A DNA stretch of 64,000 nucleotides from Octopus sinensis (lineage: Eukaryota). The DNA is taken from assembly GCF_006345805.1 (NCBI RefSeq), contig NC_043004.1, forward strand, positions 73,160,001 through 73,224,000. The letters are read 5' to 3'. Under the pieces are notes generated by a model. It had not been told where the DNA came from, searched no databases, and saw only the letters and a list, made by a program, of their open reading frames with translations. A program made the translations under genes and the position numbers. Shown piece after piece: positions 12,055-26,244 of this stretch (position 1 is the first letter of the stretch; every line of letters starts with the position of its first letter).

Positions 12055-12095
12055 ACAGCTACTAGTTCGACCTTATTGGATCTCTTCAGTAACAA
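12055..12095 (-). ncRNA. Degenerate hammerhead-like motif (PLE pLTR remnant)
   Basis: Minus strand CTGAAGA-GATC(caataa)GGTC-GA-ACTAGT-A; one A missing from GAAA and stem I does not pair. Confidence 0.4.
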
Positions 12096-12510
12096 GTGTT
12101 TGGGAATCTACAGTCTATCAAACATTACATTGCGCTAAATCATTAGCCTTAGAGAGGAGAAGGAAGTAGAGGGAAGTATATGATAGAAGCATTTCTTCAG
12201 GCTAGAGGCATAAGTTCATAATTCTTTAGTATGATGGAGAGATGAGTATATAAATACATACATACATATATAATAAAAATAATATATATATGCATATATA
12301 CATACGTATACGTACATACATGTATACGTATATACATGTATATGTATACATGTAAGTCACAAAGCATAAACAACAAAAAATACGAAGTACGAGGGCATAT
12401 ACATCTATTCATACACGCACAATATATATGCATGTATGTGAGTGTGTATGCGTGTACGTACGTACGTATGTATGTTTGTGTGTGTATGTATGTACGTACG
12501 TATGTACGTA

Positions 12511-13640
12511 CGAGGGTGATCCGAAAAGTTCAAAGACAGACTACGAAGGAGTGATGCTAGAGCTGTGAATTCTTGCATTAATTTCAATTCGTATTTAATA
12601 ACTGCCTTGTTTCTTTCCAGGTTAACTGACATCTGACTGTTCAGAGATTTCAAAAGTGGCTTTTAGTGACTTCTCTTGAAAATGGACAAAATTTGGCATC
12701 GTGGTTTTATCATGTATCTGCAGAAAAAGTGGTTAGCTGACATCGTTTGCTACTTTAGGGAATGACTCTCCAGCTTAGTCAACAGTATGAAAGTGGGCAG
12801 CTGGAATTAGGAGAGAAATGCAGAGTGAGAGAAAGGTAGAGTCTTGAAGATGACCGAAGGTTTGGACTTCCTGCGACTGTCAACACCAAGGAAAACATTA
12901 ACTGTGTCCACCACATGATGATCGATGACAGGTGACTGGCTATAAATCAAATAACCAATGCTATTAACACGTCCCGTGAGTGAGGTGAAAATACTCTGCA
13001 CAGTGAACTTGCATGCACGATGGGTACCACGTCATCTGACACATGATCAAAAGCGGGCCAAGCTGATCACATGAATGGAAAATCTGACATTAAGGTAGAT
13101 CTAACCAGTTTCTTTGAACACCCAACACAACAAGATGAGTGTTAGGTTCATCACTTTCAGAGATAAGCCATGTAGTGGAAACACCTTTCCTCACCTGTTC
13201 CAAAGAAGGCCAAGGTCGTTTCATCTGCAGGGAAAGCGATGGCCTCACTTTTGGGGGATTCAAAAGGCATTGTGTTCATTGACTATCTTCAAAAGATCCA
13301 CACCATGAACAGAGGGTAGTAAACCAACTTGCTGAGACAGATAGGAAACGATACCATGACCAAACGCCCAGGAAAACTGACGAGATGGGTCGTTTCATCA
13401 GGATAATGCTCCAGCATACAAGTCCTTGCTTTCAATGGCTGCTGTGCATGATCATCCTCCCTATTCTCCTGATTCAGCCCCAACTTACAATCATTTGTTA
13501 CCCAGCATTAAAAACCACTTAGCTGGGAAGCAGTATTGCAGCAATGATGAGGGTATATCTGCTGTTGATGACTTTTTTTTACCAACAGGACGAAAGCTTC
13601 TTCCCCAATGGGATTCAAGAAACTGATTTTAACATTTTTC
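12511..13640 (+). mobile_element. Degenerate mariner (DD34D-type) transposon
   Basis: TA + cgagggtgatccgaaaagttc left TIR; transposase remnants WVPRHLTHDQKR, HQDNAP, HPPYSPDSAP; many stops; right TIR not recognised. Confidence 0.85.
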
Positions 13641-13998
13641 CAAGACTACTTCGAAACAGGAAATAGTGGTACGTTGGCAGCAATACCTTTCTGTTGTGAC
13701 CCCGTCTTTGCATCTTAGATGCCAGCTATTGCACTATTGCTGGTGTCGTCTTCATCGTTATTGTTCCTACTGCATGCTATCTGCTATTGGTTGCATCCTT
13801 CTTTTTTTTTCTTTCTCTTTCTCCTTCTCTTTTCAAGTGCAGAAATTTGGGTGTAGCTTTTGCCAGCATTTTGCAATGCAGAAAACCTCCATAATACTTC
13901 ATGAAGCACTTACGGTTTTCTGCTTTGCATCACAAGCTTCATTGATAGAAAGGTTGAACTTTTGATAAGGTACATATCTGGAATGTTCAGAAACTACA

Positions 13999-14014
13999 AG
14001 AATGATACTACTAT

Positions 14015-14059
<45 letters not shown>

Positions 14060-14076
14060 ACTACTACTACTACTAC

Positions 14077-14128
<52 letters not shown>

Positions 14129-14129
14129 C

Positions 14130-14171
<42 letters not shown>

Positions 14172-14193
14172 TAATAATAATAATAATAATAAT
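13999..14193. repeat. (ACT)n(AAT)n microsatellite
   Basis: direct reading. Confidence 0.95.
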
Positions 14194-15032
14194 GTTTAGC
14201 TCACTGTAGGAAAGTGGATTCCAGTACTTTAAGTTGGATCATTCATTGGAGGAAACAGCATGCGTGTTTTTTTTTTGTTTTGTTGTTGTTGTTGTTTGTT
14301 GTTTGGTTGTTTTTTGGGGGGGTTTTTTTGCTTTGTTTTGTTTTTTCCTCGCCAATGCCTCTTTGATATTTCGTGTTTTCCGCGCGGTAAACCAGTAGTC
14401 GTCAGGTTTCTGCTTTTGTTTTACAATTCTTACATATGAACTTGGGTGGGAAAACGGGTAAAGAAAAGACAAATATTTTTATAAAGAACTGTTTAAACAC
14501 ACCTTTTAATTTGTATCAACACAGCTTTTGTTTTTTTCTCTTGTCTTTCCTTGCTTTTGTTTTCACAGGAAATCTCGGAAACTAAAACAAACAAGTACAG
14601 CAATCAAACAACAGAAACATCGGAAAAAATAATAATGGCAACAGCAGTAACAGAAGAAGAAGAAGAAGAAGAAGAAGAAGAAGAAGAAGAAGAAGAAGAA
14701 GAAGAGGGGTAGGAGGAGGGGAAGAAGAAGAAGAAGAAGAAGGGTAGGAGGAGGAGGGGTAGGAGGAGGGGGATATGAGGAGGAAGGAGAAGGAAAATTG
14801 ATGAAGAGGAAGAAGGATGGAAGAAAGTGGAAGGGGAGGTGAGGAGAAGAAGAGAAAGAAAGTAAGAGGGAGGAGAGGGAGGGAAAGAGGGAGGAGGGAG
14901 AAGGATGAGAGGGAGAAGAAAGAGGAGGAGGAGGAGTCTACTCAACCTGCTAAATAGCTGCCAAATCTCCCTTGATTTATTTCTTTACAATCTTAAAAAA
15001 AGGATCTCATTATATCCCAGATATACCAGATA

Positions 15033-15420
15033 CAGGCGCAGGTAAGGCTCAGTGCTTAAGCGATTTGCTTTGCAAGCACGTGATTTCGACTTCAGACACC
15101 TTGGTAAGTGTCTTCTACTATGGCCCAGGGTCGATCAATGCTCTTTGAATGAATTTGGTAGAAAGAAACTGTGAGGAAGCCCATCGTATATGTATGTGTG
15201 CATGTGTGTGCGCGCGCGCGTGTGTCTGTGTGTGTGCACGCGCGTTTGTATTTGTGCTTGCCCCCACTACTATCGTAACTTAGCGGTTTCGGAAAAAAAA
15301 AGCACGGTAGAATAAGCAGCAGATTAAAAACAAGTATTGGGATCAATTTCTTTGATTAAACCCTGTCGAGACGGTGCCCCAGCATGGCCGCAACCCAGTG
15401 ACTGAAGCAAAAACAAAATA
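15033..15420 (+). mobile_element. SINE family A, diverged
   Basis: Head/tail motifs as at 7143. Confidence 0.75.
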
Positions 15421-15906
15421 AACAAATTTTCAGCTAAAGCGATATATACTTTAACTATACAATCTGCCGATTCTGCCTCCGCTCTGTATACTGTATCTTT
15501 TGACAAGTACTTCCTATCAAATGGATATTTATTTGTTATCTGATTGCATTTTGATCACGTAATGTTTATAGGATTATTGGTTTTCATTTGAGATTTGTAA
15601 TATAATCCTCTTATATGTACAACTATAGATAATCTTAGCAGAAATTCTGTCGAAAACTTTGTGATATCACTGTGAAACAGTGTACGCAAGAATTGTACAG
15701 ATTAAATTATGAGGAGGATTGAACCACATCATTTTCTATTGTTTATGTTTGATATTGTTTGTTATGGGTGGTTTTATGTGGCTCTTCTCGTTAGATCTCA
15801 CTCGTAGTATGGGATAGTGTTGTTAAATACTCAATCACTGCTTTCATGAGAACTAGAGAATACACCAGAACGATGGAAATGCAAACGCATGTACATACGC
15901 ACAGAA

Positions 15907-15938
<32 letters not shown>

Positions 15939-15999
15939 TACACACAATCACTCACACAAGCACAGTCATGCGCGCGCATATACAAACATATTGGCAGAT

Positions 16000-16096
<97 letters not shown>

Positions 16097-16347
16097 TACA
16101 CGTACACAAAAGCCGGCCGATTTAAGAAATTTATTATTGCAATGTACCGAAACGACTGTGTCTGTTCTCAATGACCTCCGATGCGCAATAACACTCGTTC
16201 TTGCTTGTATTCTTTACGTTTGGAAACTTACTTTATTGATATTAATAAATATACAGGGAATATTTTTTCAAAATTACATAACTTAAATGTTTTCAGTGCG
16301 CATAGGAAAAGCATAACTATGAAGAATTCTGTTTTCCACTTTATTCA

Positions 16348-16752
16348 ATTCTTCTTCTTCTTCTTCTTCTTCTTCTTCTTCTTCTTCTTCTTCTTCTTCT
16401 TCTTCTCCTCCTCCTCTTCCTCCTCCTCCTCCTTCTTCTTCTTCTTCTTCTTCTCCTCCTCCTCCTCATCCTCCTTCTTCTTCTTCTTCTTCTTCTCCTC
16501 CTCTTCCTCCTCCTCCTCCATCTTCTTCTTCTTCTTCTTCTTCTCCTCCTCCTCCTCCTCTTCCTTCTTCTTCTTCTTCTTCTTCTTCTCCTCCTCCTCC
16601 TCTTCCTCCTCCTCCTCCATCTTCTTCTTTTTCTTCTCCTCCTCCTCCTCCTCCTTCCTCCTCCTCCTCCTCCTCCTCCTCCTTTTTCTTCTTCTTCTTC
16701 TTCTTCTTCTCCTCCTCCATCTTCTTCTTCTTCTTCTTCTTCTTCTTCTTCT
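16348..16752. repeat. Compound (TTC)n/(TCC)n array
   Basis: direct reading. Confidence 0.97.
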
Positions 16753-16905
16753 TGCAGAATCATTGGAGCATTGGATAAACGGCTTACGGTATCCGTTCCG
16801 GCCTCATACGTTCAGTGTTCGAATGCCGCGGAGGTTAGCTTTGTTTCTTCTCTCGTGGTCGATGAAATCAGTACCTTGTGAACACTAAGATCGATGTAAT
16901 CGACA
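16753..16905 (+). mobile_element. SINE family B, diverged
   Basis: gcagaatc...gttcgaatgccgcggagg...gatgtaatcgac resembles 7581 unit. Confidence 0.6.
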
Positions 16906-17136
16906 TATAAATAAATAAATTTTCAGCTAAAGGGATATATGCCTTAACTATATACACTTTGCCGATTCTGCCTCCGCTTTGTACACTGTATCTTTTGATA
17001 TATACTTACTATCAAATGGATCTTTATTTATTGTCTGAATCCAACCAAAATTTAAAATCATGTGCCTATAGAATTATTATCATTATTATTATTATTATTA
17101 TTATTGTTGTTGTTATTATTATTATTATTATTATTA

Positions 17137-20100
17137 TGTTTTTTCCTTCTTTCTTCAAATTTTCTTCCGTTTCTCGCCGAGTGTTTTCCATACACCTAGG
17201 GCAGAGAAGCTCATTGTATGCATTCCCAGATTACACGCGCAAATTCACAGATAAAATATGTATTTAAAAATTAATAAATAAATAAATTCATGGATGGATG
17301 TTGTTTTCACAACGATAGTGCTCTTCTCAGTACATGAGCCGTTCCAGTTAATACGATTTTTTGCACTTCCTGTAGGGATGGTAAGCCTGGAATCATCTTC
17401 AAATAGGTTCCAGTGCCTTTTTTTATCATTCCTAGAGATCCTACAATCACTGGTACTGTAGTCGCCTTGAGATGCCACATTTTTTCAATTTCTATTAGCA
17501 GGTCTTTATATTTACTAATCTTGTCAAATTCTTTCGCCGCTATATTGTGATCACAGGGAATACTCATGTCAATTAATAAACACATCCTTTTTGTTGAATC
17601 TTTTATAATAATATCCGGTTTATTAGCTTTTATAGTCCTGTCGGTCTGCACGGGGAAGTCCCATAGAATCGACACATTTTCTCCCTCAGTCACAGCTTCA
17701 GGATGATGTTTATACCATTTGTCAGCGGTTTTGATTTTATAATGCCGACATATTGTCCAGTGTAAATACTGGCCGACTCTGTCATGTCTTGCTTTATATT
17801 CTGCAGGTGCTAAGACTACACGCTGAGATTAGGTGGTCTATTGTTTCAATCTCATCGTTACAGAATCGGCATTTTGGGTCAGCTCCATTTTTCATCACAT
17901 TGGCTTGGTAGTTCCGGGTAAATAAGCTTTGGTCTTGAGCAGCTAATATGAAACCTTCACTCTCTGCTTTTAGCCCTGAACTTCGTAACCATTGGTGCTT
18001 GTGTTTCTGGTCGACATCAGCTTGTTTGCTACGGGCCACATGCTTGCCATGGAAAGGTTTCTGTTCCCATCTGCTAGCTAAATTTTCATGTGCTTTTGTC
18101 TTTGCAATTAATTTTATTTTCTTTGCAGCTGCAGTTGGCGCATTTCCTTCAGCCTGCTCAATCTGGTGGGTATCTAAGAGATCAGCAGCGAATTTTTTGC
18201 TCTCTTTGAGAACAGAGTGAAGTGTTTTAGGTCTTTCATGTTTTTCAAGAAGTTTTAGCATCCAATCGTTGGTTTCTTCAAGGTATTTGGCCAGTCCGAT
18301 TGTGGTGGTTTTGTATGTAAGTTCAAGCTGGGTCAAACCTCGACCTCCCTGACCTCTGGGAAGGTAAAGGCGATCCACGTCTGCCTTTGGATGATGCATC
18401 TTATTACAAGTCAGTAGCTTGCGGATTTTCCTGTCAATTTTCATTATTTCACTAGTATTTCAGATTTTTTAAAGTATAATATGTCACTATGGAACACGAA
18501 GCTCCAATTATATCATTCTAATTATTTCACTAGTTATTATTTCACTAGTTAAGCACATTGAAGCTATAAAGAACAACTGGTACTGCTAAGGAATTTATGG
18601 CTAAAACCTTATTATATGCATTCAGCTCAGACTTCAGGACTGCTCGGACTCTTCTATAACATTCTTTCCTAACCTTCTCTTTCATGCTTGCATGCTGGAT
18701 ACCTGAGTCTTCATTTATTCCTAGGTATTTATAGGTTTGTTCCTGCTCAAGTTCCTTTATTACTATTTCGACATCTAATTCGATTGAACTAGACTTTACC
18801 AATTTCCCTTTCTTAAAAGTGGCTTTGGCCACACTTTTCAAGGCCAAACTCCATCCCGATATCATCACTGAATCCTTTCACAGTATGTAATAATCCTTCA
18901 AGCTCTTCATCATCTTTGCCATATAGCTTTAAGTCATCCATATAAAATAGATGGCTTATTTTCTTGTTGTCAATTTTGTAGCCATATCCTGTTCTATTCA
19001 GTTCACTTGAGAGTGGTATTAGTGCTATGCAGAATATTAGTGGTGAAAGTGAGTCACCTTGGAAAATTCCACAGTTTATGCTAATGTTGTTTGAGTGCAA
19101 TACTCCATTAGAATGATATAATTGGAGCTTCGTGTTCCATAGTGACATATTATACTTTAAAAAATCTGAAATAACAGGAGAAATTTTGAAAATGTCCAGC
19201 GATTTCAGAATCCACGAATGTGGTATGCTGTCAAAGGCTTTTTTATAATCAATCCATGAAGAGCTGAGATTTCTGCGCTTGTTATGGCAGTTCTCAAGGA
19301 TCATGCGATTAATTAGGAGCTGATCTTTGCATCCGTATGAGCCTCGTCTGCATCCTTTTTGTTCAGTGGGAAAGAGGTTATTCTCTTCCATAAACGTATA
19401 TGTTTTCTCTACTAGAATAGATGTCAAGATCTTATAGGTAGTAGATAAACATGTTATAGGCCGATAGTTTTTTTGGTCTTTCGTTTTGTTATTTTTGGGG
19501 AGGAGGTAAGTAATACCATTTGCCATCCGATGTGGTGTTTTTTTCGGGTATTTCATAATACTATTAAATAGTATTACAAACATTTTTCATGCGGACGAGA
19601 GTGATGAGAGCCAAAAATTTAGTACTCTATCAATACCAGGGGATTTCCACTTATGAGCCTTTGTTAGTGCTTTCCTGAGGTCGGCGATTGAGATGCCTTC
19701 CCATACCTGTTCTTGTAAATTTTTGTAGTCATCTTGGGTGCGTTTGATCCACTCTGCATTTTCATTGTATGGTTTCTCATCACTCCAGATTCCCTTCCAA
19801 AAGTTTTCAACTTCTTCCATTAGGGGTGGATTTTCAATGGTTATTTTTTCTTTCCCTATTTCCCTGTAAAATGATTTGGCATTGGATTTGAACATCTTAT
19901 TTTGTTTGTATAATTTGATTCTTTTCTCAAATCTGCATATTCTCTGAGCTTTTGCCAGAACTTTTTGTTTAAGTGTTTCTTTCGCTGACATTAGTTCTCT
20001 TGTTGAGTGTCCACATTTTCTCACAATTTTCCTGCCTTTTCTTGATCTTACATCATTTCCAGAGATTAGCTCAGTTAATATTGATATCTCCCTTCGAAAT

Positions 20101-20660
20101 GATTCAATTTCAGTTTCAATTCTACTCCTCCAGTTTGATTTTCTTTTTGGAATTTGGTATTGTTGGCTTTTAGGGTGTTAAACAGCGTCTTTCGATTACC
20201 TTAGCGACAGAGTAAATAATTTCATTTAATTTATTAAGATCGGATTTTAGTTTGTGTATGATTTCTTGTGTAACGCAGTTGCCAATTTTTATTTGTGTTT
20301 TATGTTGGTGTGCATTTGAGAGTTTATGGAGTGGTTCCCTATCATTCATAGTTGTATGGCCTACAACTGCAAGCTCATTCAGAACTTCTTGCTTCATTGA
20401 TAGATTTTCTGTGTTTTTCAACAAACATGTGAATTTCAAATTCTGTTTCGACATCATTTTCCGGGCTGTTTTTTCTGGGGTCATATTTTCCTTCTTCTTC
20501 AGGATCTTGAGTCGTTTCGGCAGATGGTTGCCTTTCAGTCAATGCTTGTGGCCCAACATTCCTCTCCTCAGCTTCGTTATTTCTTTCCTGACTTGCATTT
20601 AGGTCATTCTCTACCACTTTTTTAATAGAGGCTAATTCTGCATCTGTGAGTCTGGTAATA
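17137..20660 (-). mobile_element. 5'-truncated R4/Dong-clade LINE, second subfamily, frameshifted
   Basis: Minus ORFs 20170-20484, 19587-20024, 18813-19583, 18545-18868, 17794-18444, 17307-17693. Motifs NYRPITCL, WIDYKKAFDS, GIFQGDSLSP, YMDDLKLY, CRFCNDEIETIDHLISAC, PDIIIKD...LLIDMSIP...KISKYKDL; (TTA)n on both flanks. Confidence 0.95.
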
Positions 20661-20666
20661 TTATCA

Positions 20667-20767
<101 letters not shown>

Positions 20768-21340
20768 GAGTGAGAGAGCAGTGCATGCCATCAAAGTGAC
20801 ACTGAGGTAAAATCTACGAAGCCCAATATACCCATCATGATTTCCCGTCTGATAAGGGTACACTAGGCACATGCATCACAACCATATGTGCACGACATGG
20901 TGATCTCATATCAAGATAAACAGCACATGACCTTGCAGGTGGGGCCCAGTTAGAATTTTCTTCAGGTCGAGTAACCCATCCCACTCGAAAGGTCCCTGAA
21001 TAAGGGTTGTTTAAGGATGTTGAACGAAACACCCATGTTTCCAGAGGTGAATTATTCAAACCCCAAAGAACCCCTCTCAACACATGGCTATGATGCTCCC
21101 CCACTACTTCTGCTCATGGTCAGAGATGCACATATCATCAGCCACTAAGGGACATGGTCAACTGGTTACGGTCAAACAACTGACAAGCAAATCTGTGGTA
21201 TTGAGCAGAATATTTGCTGTAGCCCATCTTTTATACCAAGACAAAACAATGTACATGATAACACTTCCAATCAGTTAAGATCAGAAGCCATGAGAGCCAC
21301 TGCCTGGTACTGCATCAGGGCATTTACCTGGTACTGCATC
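20768..21340 (-). mobile_element. ~570-bp non-coding element bounded by (TAA)n tracts
   Basis: Complex sequence with sharp borders between (TTA)n 20668-20767 and ~21343-21430; no recognisable ORF. Confidence 0.55.
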
Positions 21341-21371
21341 AATTATTATTATTATTATTATTATTATATTA

Positions 21372-21419
<48 letters not shown>

Positions 21420-21825
21420 CATTAATACTATTATTAGGGTGAAAGTTGTGAAAATGGTAAGAGTAGATGGTACCTCTCTAAGTGTAAACCTGTGTGTCGG
21501 CGAGAAGGAATTGAAGAGGGCACTTGCTGCTGGGGGTTTAAGGAAAATCTTGAACAGTGGGGTCCTGTGATTGTCCCTGAAGGCTTTCCTGTATGAGGAG
21601 GGCCACATCTCTATCATCCACCCTGCCACCTCTTTTTTAAACCTTTGTATGCTATGCAGATGTCCCTTCTTTTTCAGTGTATACTTTCTTTCTTTCATTT
21701 TTTTTATCATTTCATTATTTTTAATCCCCCACACTCTACGTCTGTCTTTGTATTGTCCCTCTCACCTTCGCCCTTGTGGCAATTAAATGAAATCATTATT
21801 ATCATTATTATTGTTGGTGGTGGTG

Positions 21826-21870
<45 letters not shown>

Positions 21871-21906
21871 TATTGTTGTTGTTGTTGTTGTTGTTGTTGT
21901 TATTGT

Positions 21907-22138
<232 letters not shown>

Positions 22139-22152
22139 TAATAATAATAATA

Positions 22153-22827
22153 GCGCCTACAGAGTACCTCAACAGGCATGATAGAGCTGCACAATATATT
22201 CACTGGGTAATTTGCAAAAACCTGGATTTGCCCCATGAAAAAAACTGGTGGGAACACAATCCACCCCCAGTGCTTGAAAATGACCACATTTCACTCCTCT
22301 GGAACTTCACCATTCAAACTGACAGAAAGATAGATGCAAACAGGCCAGACATCATATTGAAAGACTTCAGACAAAGAACATACCTCCTCATTGATATGAC
22401 TGTCCCAATCGATATAAACGTATCTGTCAACACCCACAAAAAACTGAGCAAATATAAAGATCTTGAAATCAGCAAAATGTGGAACCTGAAGACTAAAACA
22501 ATACCTGTTGTCATAGGTGCCCTGGGAATGATAGCGAAAGGGGCTGATTGCTACCTAACTCAGATACCAGGAAACCCAAAAATGACAGAAATTCAAAAGA
22601 ACTGCTCATATCCTACGCAAAATACTCTCTATGTAATCTCAAGGTTTAAAACAAACTTTTTTTTTGTTTAATTTATTTATTAGACATTCACTAGTACAAC
22701 ACCAACCCCCCCCCAAATATATGGCACACTAGGCATAACAACAATGTGAACTTCCAACCTGTTATCTCTTGAGGTCTCTGGGTGAGACTTGAAGCCAACT
22801 TGTACAAACATAAAGCAAAACTCAAAC

Positions 22828-22829
<2 letters not shown>
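22153..22829 (+). mobile_element. 3' fragment of R4/Dong-clade LINE (RLE domain + 3' UTR)
   Basis: ORF 22228-22671 LLWNFTIQTD...RPDIILKD...LLIDMTVP...KLSKYKDL; (AAT)n on both sides. Confidence 0.9.
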
Positions 22830-22911
<82 letters not shown>

Positions 22912-22995
22912 CAACAATAATAATAATAATAATAATAATAATACAACATCGAAAAATACCTTAGGAATGAGAACCCAGGTTCGAAATTTCCCCAA

Positions 22996-23041
22996 GACAC
23001 CTGATGAAGGCTGTAGGGTATATCAGCTGAAACGTTGTGTT
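22996..23041 (+). ncRNA. Minimal type-I hammerhead ribozyme motif, copy 2
   Basis: GACAC-CTGATGA-A-GGCTG...CAGCT-GAAA-CGT-T-GTGTT; differs from copy 1 only in loop II. Confidence 0.8.
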
Positions 23042-23278
23042 AACAAAAAACAAGATGAGGACAAATATCCGTCGAATATAAATAAAGTAAATAACGTAAA
23101 CTCTATTTATCGTCTTCACGCAAGACAGTAGAGTGGCTGAAACTGTAGATTATGTAAATTATCGGAACCACAAACTTCCGAATGACCCGACCCAATAGTA
23201 TTTTGAAGTCCCACTATGTTCTGACTTTAAATACTGTCAGAACCAAATCAAGCTTTCATCTTGTAGTAGTATTAGTAT

Positions 23279-23320
<42 letters not shown>

Positions 23321-23688
23321 AAGAAGAATGTGGGTGTGGTGGTGGTAGTGGTGGTGGCGGTGGTGGTGGTGATGTTGGTGTTGATAGTGGTTTTGATGGT
23401 GGAAATCGTTAGCCTTGACCAAAACAATTGCGGTCACAAGGAATTTATTTTTGAAAGCAACAGGACACGGTTTAACAAGATTAATTATTCAAAATTATAT
23501 ACCGGTTAATCCTGATTACTTGTTCTCCTTTCCATGGGCTAACACATACGCACATCTATACACATAAGCCCAAGCTACACACACATCTCTCCCCTTTTTA
23601 TGCACTCATGCATTCATACCTACAAGCACACATAATAAACATTTATGTGTATATGTATATACATTCTCTTTCTGTCTTTCTTCCTTCA

Positions 23689-23737
<49 letters not shown>

Positions 23738-23796
23738 CTGTTTCTCTTCCTTCTCGGGTGATGTATATTTATATATCTGTATAGATATATACATAA

Positions 23797-23827
<31 letters not shown>

Positions 23828-24096
23828 AATATAATTATATATATGTATATACACCCACATACATACATACATATATACATACATATTCATATATTTATAT
23901 ACCCATCCCAAAAAATAAAGGCGACTCACTGCAGCTCTGCAGCGCCTTCTTTGCTTGCAGATTTGCAGATTTTGCAGCAGAACTTGTTCACCAAACATAG
24001 GAAGGATCAGCCATGAGAGAAACTAGAGGAAGAAGAATATGAGTATTGAAGACATTCTCCGCTTCTTAGACTGTCTGTCAAGACGTAAAGAGCCGA

Positions 24097-24190
<94 letters not shown>

Positions 24191-24721
24191 ACGTATATAT
24201 ATATACATGTATACATATATTCATATATATATATGTGTGTGTGTGTGTGTATGTACGCATGCGTGTTTGAGCGTGTGCATGAGTAGACGAAACGTAAAGT
24301 ACAGTACAAGACTTCAAGTACACATCTTTCATCTAAAAACCAGATGCTTTTCATTGGAAGATGTCAATAACAAATTCAACATTAACTTAACTAATTAATG
24401 ACAACAATGCCTATGGGAGTAAAGTAGAATTAAAAAAACTCTCGCTCCTATCATAGAAAGCAGATATGTATATATAACCTTTAATCCGGGACATAAAATT
24501 ATGCTTCGAAATGTACTCGTAAGTACACCTGTTTCATCAATTGAAGATGACCAATTTGCTGTTAATAATTAACAGTTAACTCCCCAATCTCCATTTTCTT
24601 CTTCTTTTTAAATGAATATAAGCTATGTGTTTTTATATATACCTATTATACCCCAAAACTGAACCAGTATTTCCTTGGATGAAACGAGCCTTTCGTGAGG
24701 CTAACACAACCTCTAATTAAG

Positions 24722-24774
<53 letters not shown>

Positions 24775-24796
24775 CATACATACATACATATTATAC

Positions 24797-24827
<31 letters not shown>

Positions 24828-25295
24828 ATATATATGTGTGTGTGTGTGTGTGTATACATACATTCTATGTATGTATATAACAGATACTCTTGTATTTTAC
24901 TGAACATTTTACAATTGAACTAAAAGCGAGATGGTTGCTGCTGAGAAGGTTCAATAAAAAAGTTCAGAATTAAATTGAGTTATGACTGCAATAGCTATTT
25001 CGAGAATATTATATCAAAATGGATAATTCTCGAGTATATCATACAAAGCAAGCCGAAAGTTCGAAGTCACTATCAGCCATCTTCTTGTAAAAGTTTAATA
25101 AGCATTGAGTACTTCTTCAATTTAATGTCAAATAGTTTTTATGTATAACTGGACATGAAAGCAACGGTGGTGCCCCAGCATGGCCGCAGCCTTCGGGCTG
25201 AAACATTTTTAAGGATTTTAAGGATTTATATATAAATTTCGGTTTCACGTTCTAGATATTTAGCAGCGTCTACCCATCTGTGTGTATTTATACAC

Positions 25296-25359
<64 letters not shown>

Positions 25360-25474
25360 CAGACAGACAAACAGGCAGACAGACAGGCAGACAGAGAAAG
25401 AGATAGACATACATACTCATGCACATTCGCAAACATATGTGTGCATCTCTCATTGTGTATATATGCAAGTCTGT

Positions 25475-25539
<65 letters not shown>

Positions 25540-26067
25540 CAGGTAGATAGATAGATAGATATTACATGCAACACCTGCGCGCGGCATGTGAACATAGCTC
25601 CACCTCCCAATCGGCCACATACAACAGATTGTGTATAATATATGTTAATGAACTTGACATAATGTTATGGACTGATAAAGATTACTCCTCCACCGTCAAC
25701 CCTTACCCCGTCCCTTCCAGTAGCTGACATCCACACTCTCCTTCTCCATCCACCTCTTGTTGTGATCGATTAATTACTACTGGTGCTTCATTGCGAGAAT
25801 AGGAGGAAACTCTGATGAACTGATGCTGTGGGTGTTGGAGTAGAGAAACAGCGTCACAACGGTGCTGGTGGTGATGACGTTTCGGAGACTGTATAGAGGA
25901 AAGGAATGTTCTTGTGGTGTGTGCAGTGGTGGTGGTGGTGGTGGTGGTGGTAATGGTGGTGGTGGTGGTGGTGGTGGTGGTGGTGGTGGTGGTGGTGATG
26001 GTCGTCATCGTCGCCGTTATTCTAATAAGAAATATAACTAGAAGTAAATCCCTCCAGTTACTTGAAT

Positions 26068-26114
<47 letters not shown>

Positions 26115-26204
26115 TAAGGAAAAATTTTTTTAAAAATGCAGAATGCTCAAATGAAAGAAAATTTTAATAAAATGAGAAAATGATAAAATATATAAATATA
26201 TATT

Positions 26205-26244
26205 TATTCAACCGGTTTTCGTCATTGTATGACTTTCAAGAATA
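26205..26244 (-). ncRNA. Degenerate hammerhead-like motif next to Penelope element
   Basis: Minus strand TATTC-TTGAAA-GTCAT(aca)ATGAC-GAAAA-CCGGT-T-GAATA; stems I and II perfect, core has one base fewer and one extra A. Confidence 0.5.
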
